Positions 31,563-41,682 of a stretch of 64,000 nucleotides of DNA are shown in pieces. How positions within the stretch are numbered: position 1 is the first letter of the stretch; the number at the start of each line of letters is the position of its first letter. The notes under the pieces were generated by a model that saw only the letters and a program-made list of their open reading frames with translations, searched no databases and was not told the origin of the DNA. This DNA is from an uncultured Candidatus Binatia bacterium (GTDB lineage: Bacteria; Desulfobacterota; Binatia; UBA9968; JAJDTQ01). Both the position numbers and the translations under genes were made by a program. The stretch lies in the NCBI GenBank assembly GCA_964291295.2, contig OZ219754.1, positions 1,248,001 through 1,312,000 on the forward strand, in the 5' to 3' direction.

Positions 31563-32555
31563 TCACCTGTATCTTCCTGGCCGAGGCTCTTCCGTGTCGT
31601 CGGGTGCGCCGCATCGGGGCAGCCTCAGGCGGGTTTCGCCCAAGGTCGTCTCCTCGTGAAGCGTCTCCAGGACGACCGCGCACGGGGTGATGGCCTTGAC
31701 CCGGTAGCGCCGGTCGCCGAGCGGTGCGCCGGGTTGGACGACGTGGCCGAATCCCTCCGCATCTTTTACCAGTGCCACCGGCATGTGCTTTTGCCATACG
31801 ATGCCCGCGGCTTGGAATCGTGGCTCGGAAACCGGCTCGGGGGCCGGCGCCGGAGCTGGCACCACGTCCGGCTCCGGCGGGGCGGGGGGCTCGTACGGCT
31901 GAAACGGATCCCGGTGCGGGAGTCGGGTGTCGATCCGGGCCAGGACCGCGTGGGCGTTCGGTTCCGCAACCGGGCTCTCCTCCCCGGCCGTGCCCGGCTT
32001 CTCCCGCGGCACGCGCAGCAAGGCCAGTTCCAGCGCGATGCGGAGCCGGGTGTGCCGATCTTCCGGCGGGAGCGCCTCCACTTCCAATCCGGCGGCGTTC
32101 AGCCCACCGCCGGACTCCTCCGACAGCGCCAGGAACCGCAGCAGGTTGCGGAACGTTCCCTTGAGTTCCACGTTGATGGGGGTCTCGACATAGTGCTCTT
32201 CCCGGCGGGCGGCGCCGGGTTTGAAACGGGTCACGTCGAGCCCGACCGCGGCGGCTCGGGCGGAAACACTTTTCAGCGTCGACGGACCGGCCCGGCGGGG
32301 AAGCCGCGCATGCAGTTCGCGCCGCAGCGCCGCCGCCTGGTCGCGGAGTTGCGGTATCCGGCTCAACTGCGACCGCAGTCGAGCCTCCTGGAGGCGGACG
32401 AGTTCGAGGTCGGCGGCGGCGCGGGCGATGGCCCCGGCCTGGTGGCGGTACACCGTGGCATAGTCGAGCGCCGCCAGCATCAGCACGAGCGCGGCCACCA
32501 GCAGGGCGCGTTGGGCGAACGGGCGTTCCAGGAGGATGTCCAGATGGTAGGGCAT
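31563..32555 (-). CDS. Type IV pilus PilO-PilP fusion protein
   Basis: N-part PilO-like (TM, coiled coil, GLDVTRFKPG, YVETPINVELKGTFRNLLRFL); C-part PilP-like (RDPFQP, AGIVW, ALVKDAEGFGHVVQPG..LG). Confidence 0.75.
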   Translation of the reverse strand: MPYHLDILLERPFAQRALLVAALVLMLAALDYATVYRHQAGAIARAAADLELVRLQEARLRSQLSRIPQLRDQAAALRRELHARLPRRAGPSTLKSVSARAAAVGLDVTRFKPGAARREEHYVETPINVELKGTFRNLLRFLALSEESGGGLNAAGLEVEALPPEDRHTRLRIALELALLRVPREKPGTAGEESPVAEPNAHAVLARIDTRLPHRDPFQPYEPPAPPEPDVVPAPAPAPEPVSEPRFQAAGIVWQKHMPVALVKDAEGFGHVVQPGAPLGDRRYRVKAITPCAVVLETLHEETTLGETRLRLPRCGAPDDTEEPRPGRYR

Positions 32556-32557
32556 GA

Positions 32558-33127
32558 TCAGCCTTGCGGTTCGGCGCTTCGGTCATCGGTTCCCGCGCGG
32601 GCCGGGGGGCCGCCTTCGCCCTGGATGACGAAGCGCCGGAAGCCGGGCTCCGTGCCGACTTCGACGAGGCGCGCGTTCTTCAGGACCCGGGAGACGCGGC
32701 GCAGGAATTGCGCGATGGGCTCGTTGCCGGCGGCGCGGCCCTCCAGTGTCGTCGTGCCTCGGGACTCGACGTAACGCGTCAGCCACAGCCGGTCCGGCGC
32801 CGTTTCCGAGAGGCCGCGCAGGGTCCGTGCGTGCCGGCCCCGGCGCCGGAGCCAGGCATCGACAGCCTGGTTCCGTTCGCGTTGCCGCCGGATCCTTTCT
32901 TTCAGTTCCCCGACGGCCTCGGTCTCGGCCCGGAGTCCGTCGACGGTGCGCTGCCGCTCCGTCAGGTGGGACTCCAGCGCGGCCCGGCGGCGTACCTGCG
33001 AGATGTTGACCGCGGCCAGCGCGCCGGCGGCGAGGAGGAGCGTGGCGACGCCGGCGGCGAGGGCGCGGCGCCTGCGCTGGAGTCCCCGCGTTTCGGTGCT
33101 GTCAAGAAGGTTGACACGAATCATCAC
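32558..33127 (-). CDS. pilN: Type IV pilus assembly protein PilN
   Basis: MIRVNLL start, TM helix, PDRLWLT, LEGRA. Confidence 0.85.
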   Translation of the reverse strand: MMIRVNLLDSTETRGLQRRRRALAAGVATLLLAAGALAAVNISQVRRRAALESHLTERQRTVDGLRAETEAVGELKERIRRQRERNQAVDAWLRRRGRHARTLRGLSETAPDRLWLTRYVESRGTTTLEGRAAGNEPIAQFLRRVSRVLKNARLVEVGTEPGFRRFVIQGEGGPPARAGTDDRSAEPQG

Positions 33128-33208
33128 CGGAACAATCTCCTGGCCTCCTGTGAAGAGCCCTCCTGCGACGAGGCGCGCCTTGCGAGGTGCCCCCCGGCGG
33201 GGGCTCCC

Positions 33209-34282
33209 TCAACGCCGCTGCCCGGATGGGCTCCTCGCCACCAGACCGGCCACCACGGCGAAGGCCGGTCCCGCACGGGTGTCCGCCGCGGCGGAAGAGC
33301 CCTCGAAAAAAGGTCCGGCAATGCGCACCTCGGCGTCGAGGGCGCGGCCGAGGCTCGGACCGAGACCGGGCAACGGGGCGCTGCCGCCGCTCAAGGAAAC
33401 CCGGCGCGGCCCGGACTGCCCGCTCAGCGCTCCGAACAGATTGAGGCTGCCCGCGACCTGGGCGGCGAATTCATCGCACAGCCCCTCGGGCAGGCGGCCC
33501 GCGGCCGGAGGCCGGGCGCCGCGCTTGATGGCCTCGGCCTCGTCCCGGGGAACGCCCAGCTCTCCCGCCAGGCGTTCGGTGAAGTGCTCCCCGCCCAGAG
33601 TCAGATCGGTGGTGTGGCCGAGGGCGTCGCCTGTGGGGACGTGGACCGTCGTGGAGTACGCCCCCACATGGACCAGCACATCCGCGGTCTGGTGGCAACC
33701 GGACCGGAGGGCGAAATGGTCCACTTCCACGATGGCCGGAACCAGGCCCGCCGCCTCCACGAGTTCGACATGGTTCTCGACCAGAGTTTTCCTGGCCGCC
33801 ACCAGCAGTACCTCCGATCCTTCGCCGCCGTCCGGAGCTTCGAGAACATGGTAGTCGATGTTGACCTTGTCCAGATCCCCGGGAAGGGCCTCCATGGCCT
33901 CGAACTCGATGATCTCGTCCATCTTCCGGTGGTCCCGGCCAGGAATCCGCAACCGTTTGGTGAGGACTCCTCTGCCCGGAATCGACACGACGGCCCGGGG
34001 CGGTCTGCCGCGCGTCACCCCGGCAAAGTCGCGAATGGCCCCGCTGAGGGTGTCGGTCCCGCGCACCAGGCCGTTCTCCACCGCTCCCTCCGGCACCGGC
34101 AGCACTCCGGTGCGCAGGACCCGGGGGCCGCCGCGGGTGTCCATGACCTCGGCGATCTTGATGGCGCTGGAGCCGGTGTCGATGGCGAACCAGCTGCGCG
34201 CACGCCGGAAAGGGAAGGGGGCGGTCAGGAAGAGGCTGTTCATGTACGGGCAGGAACGCAAATCAGGGGCCAACACCGTCAT
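33209..34282 (-). CDS. pilM: Type IV pilus assembly protein PilM
   Basis: AIDTGSSAIKIAE, VLLVAARK, VHVGAYST, LGGEHFT, LSGGSA, AFAVVAGL. Confidence 0.87.
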   Translation of the reverse strand: MTVLAPDLRSCPYMNSLFLTAPFPFRRARSWFAIDTGSSAIKIAEVMDTRGGPRVLRTGVLPVPEGAVENGLVRGTDTLSGAIRDFAGVTRGRPPRAVVSIPGRGVLTKRLRIPGRDHRKMDEIIEFEAMEALPGDLDKVNIDYHVLEAPDGGEGSEVLLVAARKTLVENHVELVEAAGLVPAIVEVDHFALRSGCHQTADVLVHVGAYSTTVHVPTGDALGHTTDLTLGGEHFTERLAGELGVPRDEAEAIKRGARPPAAGRLPEGLCDEFAAQVAGSLNLFGALSGQSGPRRVSLSGGSAPLPGLGPSLGRALDAEVRIAGPFFEGSSAAADTRAGPAFAVVAGLVARSPSGQRR

Positions 34283-34483
34283 CGCCGCGTTCCGGCCGTC
34301 ATCCGCGCGCCTCCTCCGGCATCCGCACGAAAGCGGCCATCCACGGGGTCCGACGTGCGTCTGACGACGACCTTTTGCCCCCGCCCGCCCGGGCTTCGCA
34401 ATGGCGGACCGGGCGGAGACTTGATCTCCCGGTTACGTCAAAAGCGTGGCATTCCGACGGCGTGTCATCAATAATCCGGTGAG

Positions 34484-36709
34484 ATGAAGCGAACGGACCC
34501 CTTTGCCCTGGTGGCGGTGCCGGCACCGCTCGACGAGCCGTTGACCTACGCCGTGCCCGAGGCGCTCGCCGGGCGTCTTGATGTGGGCATGCGCGTCCTG
34601 GTGCCCCTGGGGCGGCGTCGGGTGACCGGTGTGGTGGTGGGGTTCCAGCGGGAATCGCCCGTGACCTCGGTGAAGCCGGTGGCCGAGGCGTTGGACGACG
34701 AGGCGCTCCTGGACCCGGCCTTCCTGACCATGTGCCGCTGGGCGGCGGACTATTACGTCGCTTCCCTGGGTGAGGTGCTGGCGGCGGCGTTGCCGCCGCT
34801 GTTGCGCGCCGAGAGCCGGCTGGTGGTGGCATTCGCCCGGGAACCGGAAAGTCTGGACGGGGTGCTGGACCGGGAGGTGCTGGCGGCGGTCAGGCGGCGC
34901 GGCCGCATGACTCCGGCGGCGCTGAGCCGTCTGTTCCCGCGCCGGGGTGTCAAGGCGGCGCTGGATCGGCTGGCCGCGGCCGGCGCCGTGGTACTGGAGG
35001 ACCGCCTCCGGGGCCACGTGCGCGAAGCCCGGCGCAGGCGGCAACCCCGGCCGGAAGCGGCCGCCGCGGCGGTCGCGGCCAGCCGTGCTCCGGTGCTCAC
35101 GGGGGAACAGCGGGCGGTGCTCCGGGCCATGGAGCCGCGTCTTGCCCAAGGCGGCTTCGAGACCATGCTGCTGCACGGCGTCACCGGCAGCGGCAAGACC
35201 GAGGTCTACCTCCAGGCCGTGGACCGGGTGCGCCGGCAGGGCCGGCAGAGCCTGATCCTCGTGCCGGAGATCGCGCTGACCCCGCAGTTGCTGGACCGGC
35301 TCGAAGGGCGTTTTCCGGGCGACGTGGCCGTGCTTCACAGCGGACTCACCGCGGCGGAGCGGTGGCGTCACTGGTGGCGCATCGCCCACGGCGCGGTGAA
35401 GGTGGTGGCGGGAGCCCGCTCCGCGGTCTTCGCCCCCGCCCGGGAGCTGGGGCTCATCGTGGTGGATGAGGAGCACGACAACAGCTACAAGCAGGAGGAG
35501 GGCGTCCGCTACCACGGGCGCGACTTGGCGGTGGTGCGCGCCCGCATCGTCGGGTGCCCGGTGATCCTGGGCTCGGCCACGCCCTCGGTGGAGAGCTACC
35601 ACAACGCCCGCAGCGGCCGTTACCGCATGCTGGAGCTCACCGAGCGCGTGGAGGCGCGGCCCATGCCCGGCGTGGAGGTCGTCGACCTGAAGACCCGGCC
35701 GGGGCAGACCACCGCGGACGGGCTTTTCTCCGACCCGCTGCTGCGCGCGTTGCGGGAGAATCACGAACGCGGCCGGCAAAGCCTGATCTTCCTCAACCGG
35801 CGCGGGTTCGCCTCGTTCCTGCAGTGCTGGTCCTGCGGCTTCGTGTTCCGCTGTCCGCGCTGCAGCATCAGCCTCACCTATCATCTCGCGCGCGACCGTA
35901 CCTTCTGCCATCACTGCGGCTTTCATCAGCGCAAGGCGGAAGCCTGTCCCGAGTGCGGCAATCTGTCGCTGAGCGAGGTGGGTTTCGGCACCGAGAGGGT
36001 CGAACAGGAGTTGCGGCGGCTGTTCCCCAAGGCCCGGATCGGACGCATGGATCGGGACACCACCAGCGCCCGGGGCGCCCAGGAACGGATATTCCGGTCC
36101 TGGGAGAAGGGAGAGCTCGACGTGCTGGTGGGCACCCAGATGGTCGCCAAGGGACACGATGTGGGCGGGGTCACTCTGGTGGGGGTGGTGCTGGCGGACT
36201 CGTCGCTGAATCTCCCGGACTTCCGGGCGGCGGAAAGAACCTTTCAGATCATCAGCCAGGTGGCCGGCCGTGCCGGGCGCGCGCGGCAGCCGGGCCGCGT
36301 CATCGTGCAGACGCTGGTGCCGGGGCACTACTGTTTCGGCCATGCCAAGGTCCATGACTACCCGGCGTTCTTCGCCACCGAGACCGGGTTCCGCCGGGAG
36401 CTCGGCTACCCTCCGTTCCAGCACCTGGTGCATCTGCGTCTCGACGGCGCCGACGAGGACAAGGTGGCGCGCGGCGCCCGGGAACTGGCGCGGGCGTTGC
36501 GGCGCGAGGAGCCCCTGGCGCCGCTGGACATCCTCGGCCCGGCGCCGGCGCCCATCGCCAGGCTGCGCGGCCGCTACCGCTGGCAGATCCTGCTCAAGGG
36601 GCGCAGCCGCCGGGCGCTGCTGGCCATGGCCCGGCGGGCGGTGGCGCTGGTACCCAGGGGCAGGGCCGCCAGGATCCACGTTGATGTGGATCCGTACAAC
36701 ATGCTATGA
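34484..36709 (+). CDS. priA: Primosomal protein N'
   Basis: GVTGSGKTEVY, DEEH, four CxxC zinc motifs, GTQMVAKG, QVAGRAGR, VDVDP. Confidence 0.97.
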   Translation: MKRTDPFALVAVPAPLDEPLTYAVPEALAGRLDVGMRVLVPLGRRRVTGVVVGFQRESPVTSVKPVAEALDDEALLDPAFLTMCRWAADYYVASLGEVLAAALPPLLRAESRLVVAFAREPESLDGVLDREVLAAVRRRGRMTPAALSRLFPRRGVKAALDRLAAAGAVVLEDRLRGHVREARRRRQPRPEAAAAAVAASRAPVLTGEQRAVLRAMEPRLAQGGFETMLLHGVTGSGKTEVYLQAVDRVRRQGRQSLILVPEIALTPQLLDRLEGRFPGDVAVLHSGLTAAERWRHWWRIAHGAVKVVAGARSAVFAPARELGLIVVDEEHDNSYKQEEGVRYHGRDLAVVRARIVGCPVILGSATPSVESYHNARSGRYRMLELTERVEARPMPGVEVVDLKTRPGQTTADGLFSDPLLRALRENHERGRQSLIFLNRRGFASFLQCWSCGFVFRCPRCSISLTYHLARDRTFCHHCGFHQRKAEACPECGNLSLSEVGFGTERVEQELRRLFPKARIGRMDRDTTSARGAQERIFRSWEKGELDVLVGTQMVAKGHDVGGVTLVGVVLADSSLNLPDFRAAERTFQIISQVAGRAGRARQPGRVIVQTLVPGHYCFGHAKVHDYPAFFATETGFRRELGYPPFQHLVHLRLDGADEDKVARGARELARALRREEPLAPLDILGPAPAPIARLRGRYRWQILLKGRSRRALLAMARRAVALVPRGRAARIHVDVDPYNML

Positions 36710-36824
36710 AATATCATGGATGTGTCACCGGACCGACCACCGGACCAGCCTCCGGACCAGCCTTGACGGCCCGCGGCGAATGGCCTGCGCGAGTTCCCGC
36801 ATGACCCCGGACATTCACCAACAA

Positions 36825-36924
36825 GTGATCCCCGATATTTTCGGCTGACTCCGGATATTCTCGAATGACCGTCGATACTCTCAGATGACCGCCGATATGC
36901 TCAGATGATTCTCGATATTCTCAA
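36825..36924 (+). repeat. Five degenerate 20-bp tandem units, the last being the first 20 nt of def
   Basis: GTGATCCCCGATATTTTCGG / CTGACTCCGGATATTCTCGA / ATGACCGTCGATACTCTCAG / ATGACCGCCGATATGCTCAG / ATGATTCTCGATATTCTCAA at exact 20-nt spacing. Confidence 0.85.
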
Positions 36925-37441
36925 ATTTCCCGATCCGGTTCTGCGCGAACCGGCCCGGCCGGTGGAAGCCGTCACCGGCGAGACCGTCGGGTTCATCGAA
37001 AACATGCTGGAGACGATGTATGCGGCGCCGGGCATCGGACTGGCCGCGCCCCAGGTGGGCGTTTCCATGCGCATCATCGTGCTGGACCTGGACCACGAGC
37101 ATCCCGGCGCCAACGCCATCAGGCTGGTCAATCCGGTGATCCGCGAGGCCGAGGGCGAGGTGGTGTTCGAGGAAGGCTGCCTGAGCGTCACGGACTTCAC
37201 CGCCGAGGTGAGGCGCGCCGAGCGGGTGGCGGTGTCCGGGTACGACCAGGACGGCGAAGAGGTGGAGATCGAGGCGGACGGGCTTCTGGCCGTGGCGTTG
37301 CAGCACGAGATCGACCATCTCGACGGCAAGCTTTTCATCGACCGCATCAGCCGGCTCAAGCGCGAGATCTACGTGCGCAAGCTCAGGAAAATCCTACGCA
37401 CGGGCAAGGAGCCGCAGGAAAGCCGCGGCGTCGTCATCTGA
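36905..37441 (+). CDS. def: Peptide deformylase
   Basis: GIGLAAPQVG, EGCLS, QHEIDHLDG. Confidence 0.97.
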   Translation: MILDILKFPDPVLREPARPVEAVTGETVGFIENMLETMYAAPGIGLAAPQVGVSMRIIVLDLDHEHPGANAIRLVNPVIREAEGEVVFEEGCLSVTDFTAEVRRAERVAVSGYDQDGEEVEIEADGLLAVALQHEIDHLDGKLFIDRISRLKREIYVRKLRKILRTGKEPQESRGVVI

Positions 37442-37542
37442 CTCCCGCCGCCAGTTTCGCAAGACCCGGGCGCGGCCTCCGGCATCCTCTCCTTCGGCAT
37501 CGTTCTCCGGAACGAGCGGGGCACCCGCAAGCGGATACACAC

Positions 37543-38538
37543 ATGCGCATTGTCTTCATGGGGACGCCGGCTTCGGCCGCGGCCTCCCTGGAAACCCTGC
37601 TGGGCGGCCCCGACGAGGTGGTGGGGGTGGTGACACAGCCCGATCGCCCGGTCGGGCGAGGGCGGGTCAGCATGCCGTCGCCGGTGCGGCGAAGGGCCGA
37701 GGAGGCCGGCATTCCGGTGCGGACGCCCCGGAAGATGAAGGATCCCGGCCTGTTGGAACAGCTTGCCGGCTGGCGGCCCGACCTCATGGCGGTGGTGGCC
37801 TACGGGCGCATCCTGCCGCAGGCGATCCTGGACTTGCCGCCCCTGGGCTGCGTCAACGTTCACTATTCGCTGCTGCCCCGGTATCGTGGCGCGGCCCCCA
37901 TGCAGTGGGCCATCCTCAAGGGCGAAGCGGTCACCGGGGTCACCACCATGCAACTCGTGGCGGAGATGGACGCGGGCCCGATCCTGCTGGCGGAAAAAAT
38001 GCTGATGAGACCGGACGAGACCGCGGCCTCGCTGGAGGCGCGGCTCGTTCCCGTCGGCGCGCGCCTGCTGGCGGCCACCGTGCGCGGAGTCGAGCGAGGC
38101 TCCCTGACACCGCGCTCGCAGGATCCCGCCAGCGTCACCTTTGCGCCCATGCTCCGCAAGGAGGACGGAGTGATCGACTGGACGCGCCCGGCGCGAGAGA
38201 TCGAGCGCCGGACAAGGGCATTCACTCCCTGGCCCTCGGCCTTCACATGCTGGCGCGGCAAGCGCGTCAAGGTGCACGGTGCCCGGCCGTTGCCGCCGGT
38301 CGCCGCACCGGGGACGGCACCGCCGGGAACGGTGGTGGGCGTGGGCGCGGAGGGCATCTCGGTGGCCACCGGCGCGGACGTGTTGCTCCTCACCGAGTTG
38401 CAGCTGGAGGGGCGCAAGCGCATGGCCGCGGACGCCTTTCTTCGGGGCGCCGGGGTCCGGACGGGAATGCGGTTCGGAAACCCTCCCGCCGAGGGGCCTG
38501 GTGGAACGCCGCGCGCCATTGCTCCCGCCCGTCCGTGA
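37543..38538 (+). CDS. fmt: Methionyl-tRNA formyltransferase
   Basis: MRIVFMGTP, VVTQPDRP, NVHYSLLPRYRGAAP, MDAG. Confidence 0.97.
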   Translation: MRIVFMGTPASAAASLETLLGGPDEVVGVVTQPDRPVGRGRVSMPSPVRRRAEEAGIPVRTPRKMKDPGLLEQLAGWRPDLMAVVAYGRILPQAILDLPPLGCVNVHYSLLPRYRGAAPMQWAILKGEAVTGVTTMQLVAEMDAGPILLAEKMLMRPDETAASLEARLVPVGARLLAATVRGVERGSLTPRSQDPASVTFAPMLRKEDGVIDWTRPAREIERRTRAFTPWPSAFTCWRGKRVKVHGARPLPPVAAPGTAPPGTVVGVGAEGISVATGADVLLLTELQLEGRKRMAADAFLRGAGVRTGMRFGNPPAEGPGGTPRAIAPARP

Positions 38539-39887
38539 CTCGCCGCACCGCAAATCCCCGCGAACTCGCCCTCGACATCCTCGACCGGGTGGATCGGCGA
38601 AAGGCCTATGCCGGTGTGCTGCTGAACGCGCGCCTGCGGGAAGCGGCCCTGTCCCGGGCCGACGGTGCGTTGTTGACCCGGGCGGTCTACGGCGTCCTGC
38701 GCTGGCGCGGGCGCATTGACTGGGTGCTTGGCGGCCTGTTGCGGGACCCCCTCGACGACCTGGATCCAACGGTCCGAAACCTGCTCCGGCTGGGCACTTA
38801 CGAGCTGCTCTTCCTGGATCGGGTGCCTTCCTATGCCACGGTCCATGAACTGGTGGAACTGGCCAGGAGACGCACCGGCCCGGGAAGGACGCGGCTGGCC
38901 AACGCCGTTCTGCGGCGTGTCGCGCGGCTGGACCGCGACGCCGGGTCGCCGCCCGCGCACACCGGGGACCTGGCGGCGCTGGTTTCCCACCCGCCCTGGC
39001 TCATCAGACTGTGGCGGGAGCAGTTCGGCGCCAAGGAAAGCCGTCGGCTCATGGAAGCCAACAACCAGGAGGCGCCGCTGGTGCTGCGCGCCAACCGCCT
39101 GCGGATATCACGGGACGCGCTGGTGGCGCGCCTGCGCGCCCGGGGCGTCGACGCCCGGCCCGGGCGGTGGTCGCCGCTGGCGGTTCGCCTGTCCGGGTCG
39201 GCGTCACCGAGCCGCCTGGCGGAGTTTCGCGAGGGGCTGTGTCAGGTTCAGGGAGAAGCGTCCCAGGCGGTGGGTCTGCTTGCCGGCCCCGCGCCGGGAA
39301 TGCGGATCCTCGACGTCTGTGCCGCTCCCGGCGGCAAGACGACGCATTTGGCGGAACTCATGGATGGCCGGGGCGAGGTCGTGGCCTGGGACATCTCGAA
39401 GCGCGGTCTCGCGAGGCTGGCCGACAATGCCGACCGCCTGGGGCTCGACTGCATCCGGGCCGAGGCCCGTGACGCCACCCGGGCTCTGCCGGGCATGGTG
39501 GACAGGTTCGACCGGGTGCTGGTGGATGCGCCGTGCTCGGGCTTGGGCACCCTGCGCGCGCATCCGGAGATCCGCTGGCGGCGGACCGCCCGGGACCTTT
39601 CCCGCCTCGCCGCCCTGCAGGCCCGGATACTCCACCAGGCCGCCCTCGGGGTTCTCCCTGGCGGGGTGCTGGTTTACGCCACCTGCACGCTGTCCCGCGT
39701 CGAGAACGAACAGGTGGTGGAGGCCTTCGTGGCCGGCCACGCCGACTTCGAGGTCGAGGACGCCGCCGCCCATCTCCCGCCCAGCGCCCGCGCCATGACC
39801 GCCGGGGCCTTTCTGCTGGCGCTGCCCCAACGCCACGACACCGACGGTTTCTTCGCCGCCCGCCTGCGCCGGCGGCCTCCGGAATAG
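38535..39887 (+). CDS. rsmB: 16S rRNA m5C967 methyltransferase RsmB (Sun)
   Basis: NusB-like N-terminus, SHPPW, DVCAAPGGKT, DAPCSGLG, YATCT, DGFFAA. Confidence 0.95.
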   Translation: MTRRTANPRELALDILDRVDRRKAYAGVLLNARLREAALSRADGALLTRAVYGVLRWRGRIDWVLGGLLRDPLDDLDPTVRNLLRLGTYELLFLDRVPSYATVHELVELARRRTGPGRTRLANAVLRRVARLDRDAGSPPAHTGDLAALVSHPPWLIRLWREQFGAKESRRLMEANNQEAPLVLRANRLRISRDALVARLRARGVDARPGRWSPLAVRLSGSASPSRLAEFREGLCQVQGEASQAVGLLAGPAPGMRILDVCAAPGGKTTHLAELMDGRGEVVAWDISKRGLARLADNADRLGLDCIRAEARDATRALPGMVDRFDRVLVDAPCSGLGTLRAHPEIRWRRTARDLSRLAALQARILHQAALGVLPGGVLVYATCTLSRVENEQVVEAFVAGHADFEVEDAAAHLPPSARAMTAGAFLLALPQRHDTDGFFAARLRRRPPE

Positions 39888-39961
39888 CCTTGCTGATTTA
39901 CCCCGCAGGGTTCATGTGCTAGATTCTGACGGACAAGCCAAGATTCAACCGGACCGGGAGT

Positions 39962-40038
39962 CGGGGCGTGGCTCAGCCTGGTAGAGCGCACGGTTCGGGT
40001 CCGTGAAGTCGCTGGTTCAAATCCAGTCGCCCCGACCA
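39962..40038 (+). tRNA. tRNA-Pro (anticodon CGG)
   Basis: CGGGGCG/CGCCCCG acceptor stem, D arm GCTCAGCCTGGTAGAGC, anticodon stem CACGG/CCGTG with loop TTCGGGT, T-loop GGTTCAAATCC, encoded CCA. Confidence 0.96.
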
Positions 40039-40351
40039 CTCTCTCGCCACTCTCACACCAACGTTTCACCCACTTCTCACCAACTACACTATCACCAACT
40101 CCGTCCTCTCGTCGTAAGTCGTAATCCTGTCCGCTTGATGAGGATGTCGTGGTATCGCCGCGGCGATTCCCTGCGCATGAGGCACACGATCGAAACCTCT
40201 TCACAGGCTTGGGGATGAATCCGATGGTCAGGGAGGGCAGGGTGGGGATGGACCCGATACGCCAACGCGGCACGGAGCGAAAGTCGGGGCGGAGCGAAAG
40301 TCGGGGTTCCGACGCCGGCTCGCGGACGCCGGAACCCCTCCTGATGCAGTG

Positions 40352-41344
40352 CTACATGGCGGCCTTTACCTTCGCCGCCACGTCCGCGGGCATCCACTTC
40401 GTCCACACGTTGGCGTAGTTCTTCAGAAAGTGCTCGGCGGTCTCCCTGGCGGGCGCCTTCCTGTCTTCTTTCCACGCCAGCAGCGTGTTCACCAGCGAGT
40501 TGGGCCACGATACGCTCGACACGAACTTGAACGCCGCCGGTTCCCTCTTGGCGAAATCGGCCCCCACCACCGTCAGCACCACGGACTTCGGGTACATGTT
40601 GGGTTTCGGGTCGGCGCAATCCTTGTCGACGGTGCATTCCCAGGTCTCGGGGTCGTGGTTCATCCCGCCGAGCTTCACCATCGGGTATTTGCCCAGGACC
40701 GACGTTGGTGCCCAGTAGTAGGTGAAGATGGGCTCTTTCCGCTCGTAGGCCTTGGCGATGGCGCCGGCCAGACCCGTTCCGGATCCCGGATCGAACAGCG
40801 TGAAGTCGGCTTCCTTCAACCCGTACGCCTTGAACAGGTTGGTGTTGACGATCTGGCACGCCCAGCCCGCGGGGCAGCCGTAGAAACGGCCCTTCCCCGG
40901 CTCTTCCTTGTCCGGGAACAGTTCCGGACGCTTCATGACCGCCTGCAGCGTCGTGAGTTCCGGGTGCTTCGAGACGACATAATCGGGCACCCACCAGCCC
41001 TCCTCGCCGCCGTCGCTCAGGATCTCGCCGGCGATCTTCAGGCGTCCCTCCTTGACCGCCTTGTCCATCACCTCCCGGACGGAGTTGATCCAGATCTCCG
41101 GGGCGATGTCGGGTTCACCCTTCTCCGTCATCGACGTCACGGTCGGCACCGTGTCACCGGGCACCAGTTCCACGTCGCATCCGTATCCCTTGTCCAGGAT
41201 CATGGCCTCGATGTGTGCCGCCACCGCGGCCGAGTCCCAGTTCATCTCGGATATCGTCACCTTGCCGCACTGCGCCCAGGCCGACGCGCCCGCCGCAAGC
41301 ACCAGCAACACTCCCGTCAGCAAACCCGTTGGTCGCAACCTCAT
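40352..41344 (-). CDS. Glycine betaine/proline ABC transporter substrate-binding protein (ProX-like), orphan
   Basis: Signal peptide, CGKVTISEMNWDS, PEIW, EGWWVP, GCPAGWAC, YYWAPT. Confidence 0.9.
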   Translation of the reverse strand: MRLRPTGLLTGVLLVLAAGASAWAQCGKVTISEMNWDSAAVAAHIEAMILDKGYGCDVELVPGDTVPTVTSMTEKGEPDIAPEIWINSVREVMDKAVKEGRLKIAGEILSDGGEEGWWVPDYVVSKHPELTTLQAVMKRPELFPDKEEPGKGRFYGCPAGWACQIVNTNLFKAYGLKEADFTLFDPGSGTGLAGAIAKAYERKEPIFTYYWAPTSVLGKYPMVKLGGMNHDPETWECTVDKDCADPKPNMYPKSVVLTVVGADFAKREPAAFKFVSSVSWPNSLVNTLLAWKEDRKAPARETAEHFLKNYANVWTKWMPADVAAKVKAAM

Positions 41345-41682
41345 GCAGGCCTCCCTTTCTTTCCCCTGTTCACGCGCCCCCGCCCGGTCTGTGCGTGCGC
41401 AGCCCAGAAGGCGACCCATGAAACCGTTTGAAATTCGCCAAGTATCGCACAATCTCGATCGTAAGATCTCGATCGCACGATCTCGCCCCATACGCCTTTC
41501 GGCTCCCATTCCGCGCGGTGTGACAGACCCGGCCGCGTGGTTCCGTGCACGCAACCCCGGACCCCGGTTCGGATCTTGACTGCCGCCGGTCTCATCGTAT
41601 CAGCGGGGATTATCCCCCATGTGGGCGGGGGTGGCAAGCCCTGGGGGCGGCTCGCGGCATTTGCGGCAAGGGGCCGCAGTCT

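Noticed and set aside
40197-40256. Type I-E CRISPR-like repeat ends (GGGGATGAATCCG, GGGGATGGACCCG)
   Set aside because: Only two partial motifs, 33 bp apart rather than ~61, no palindromic 5' half and no cas genes
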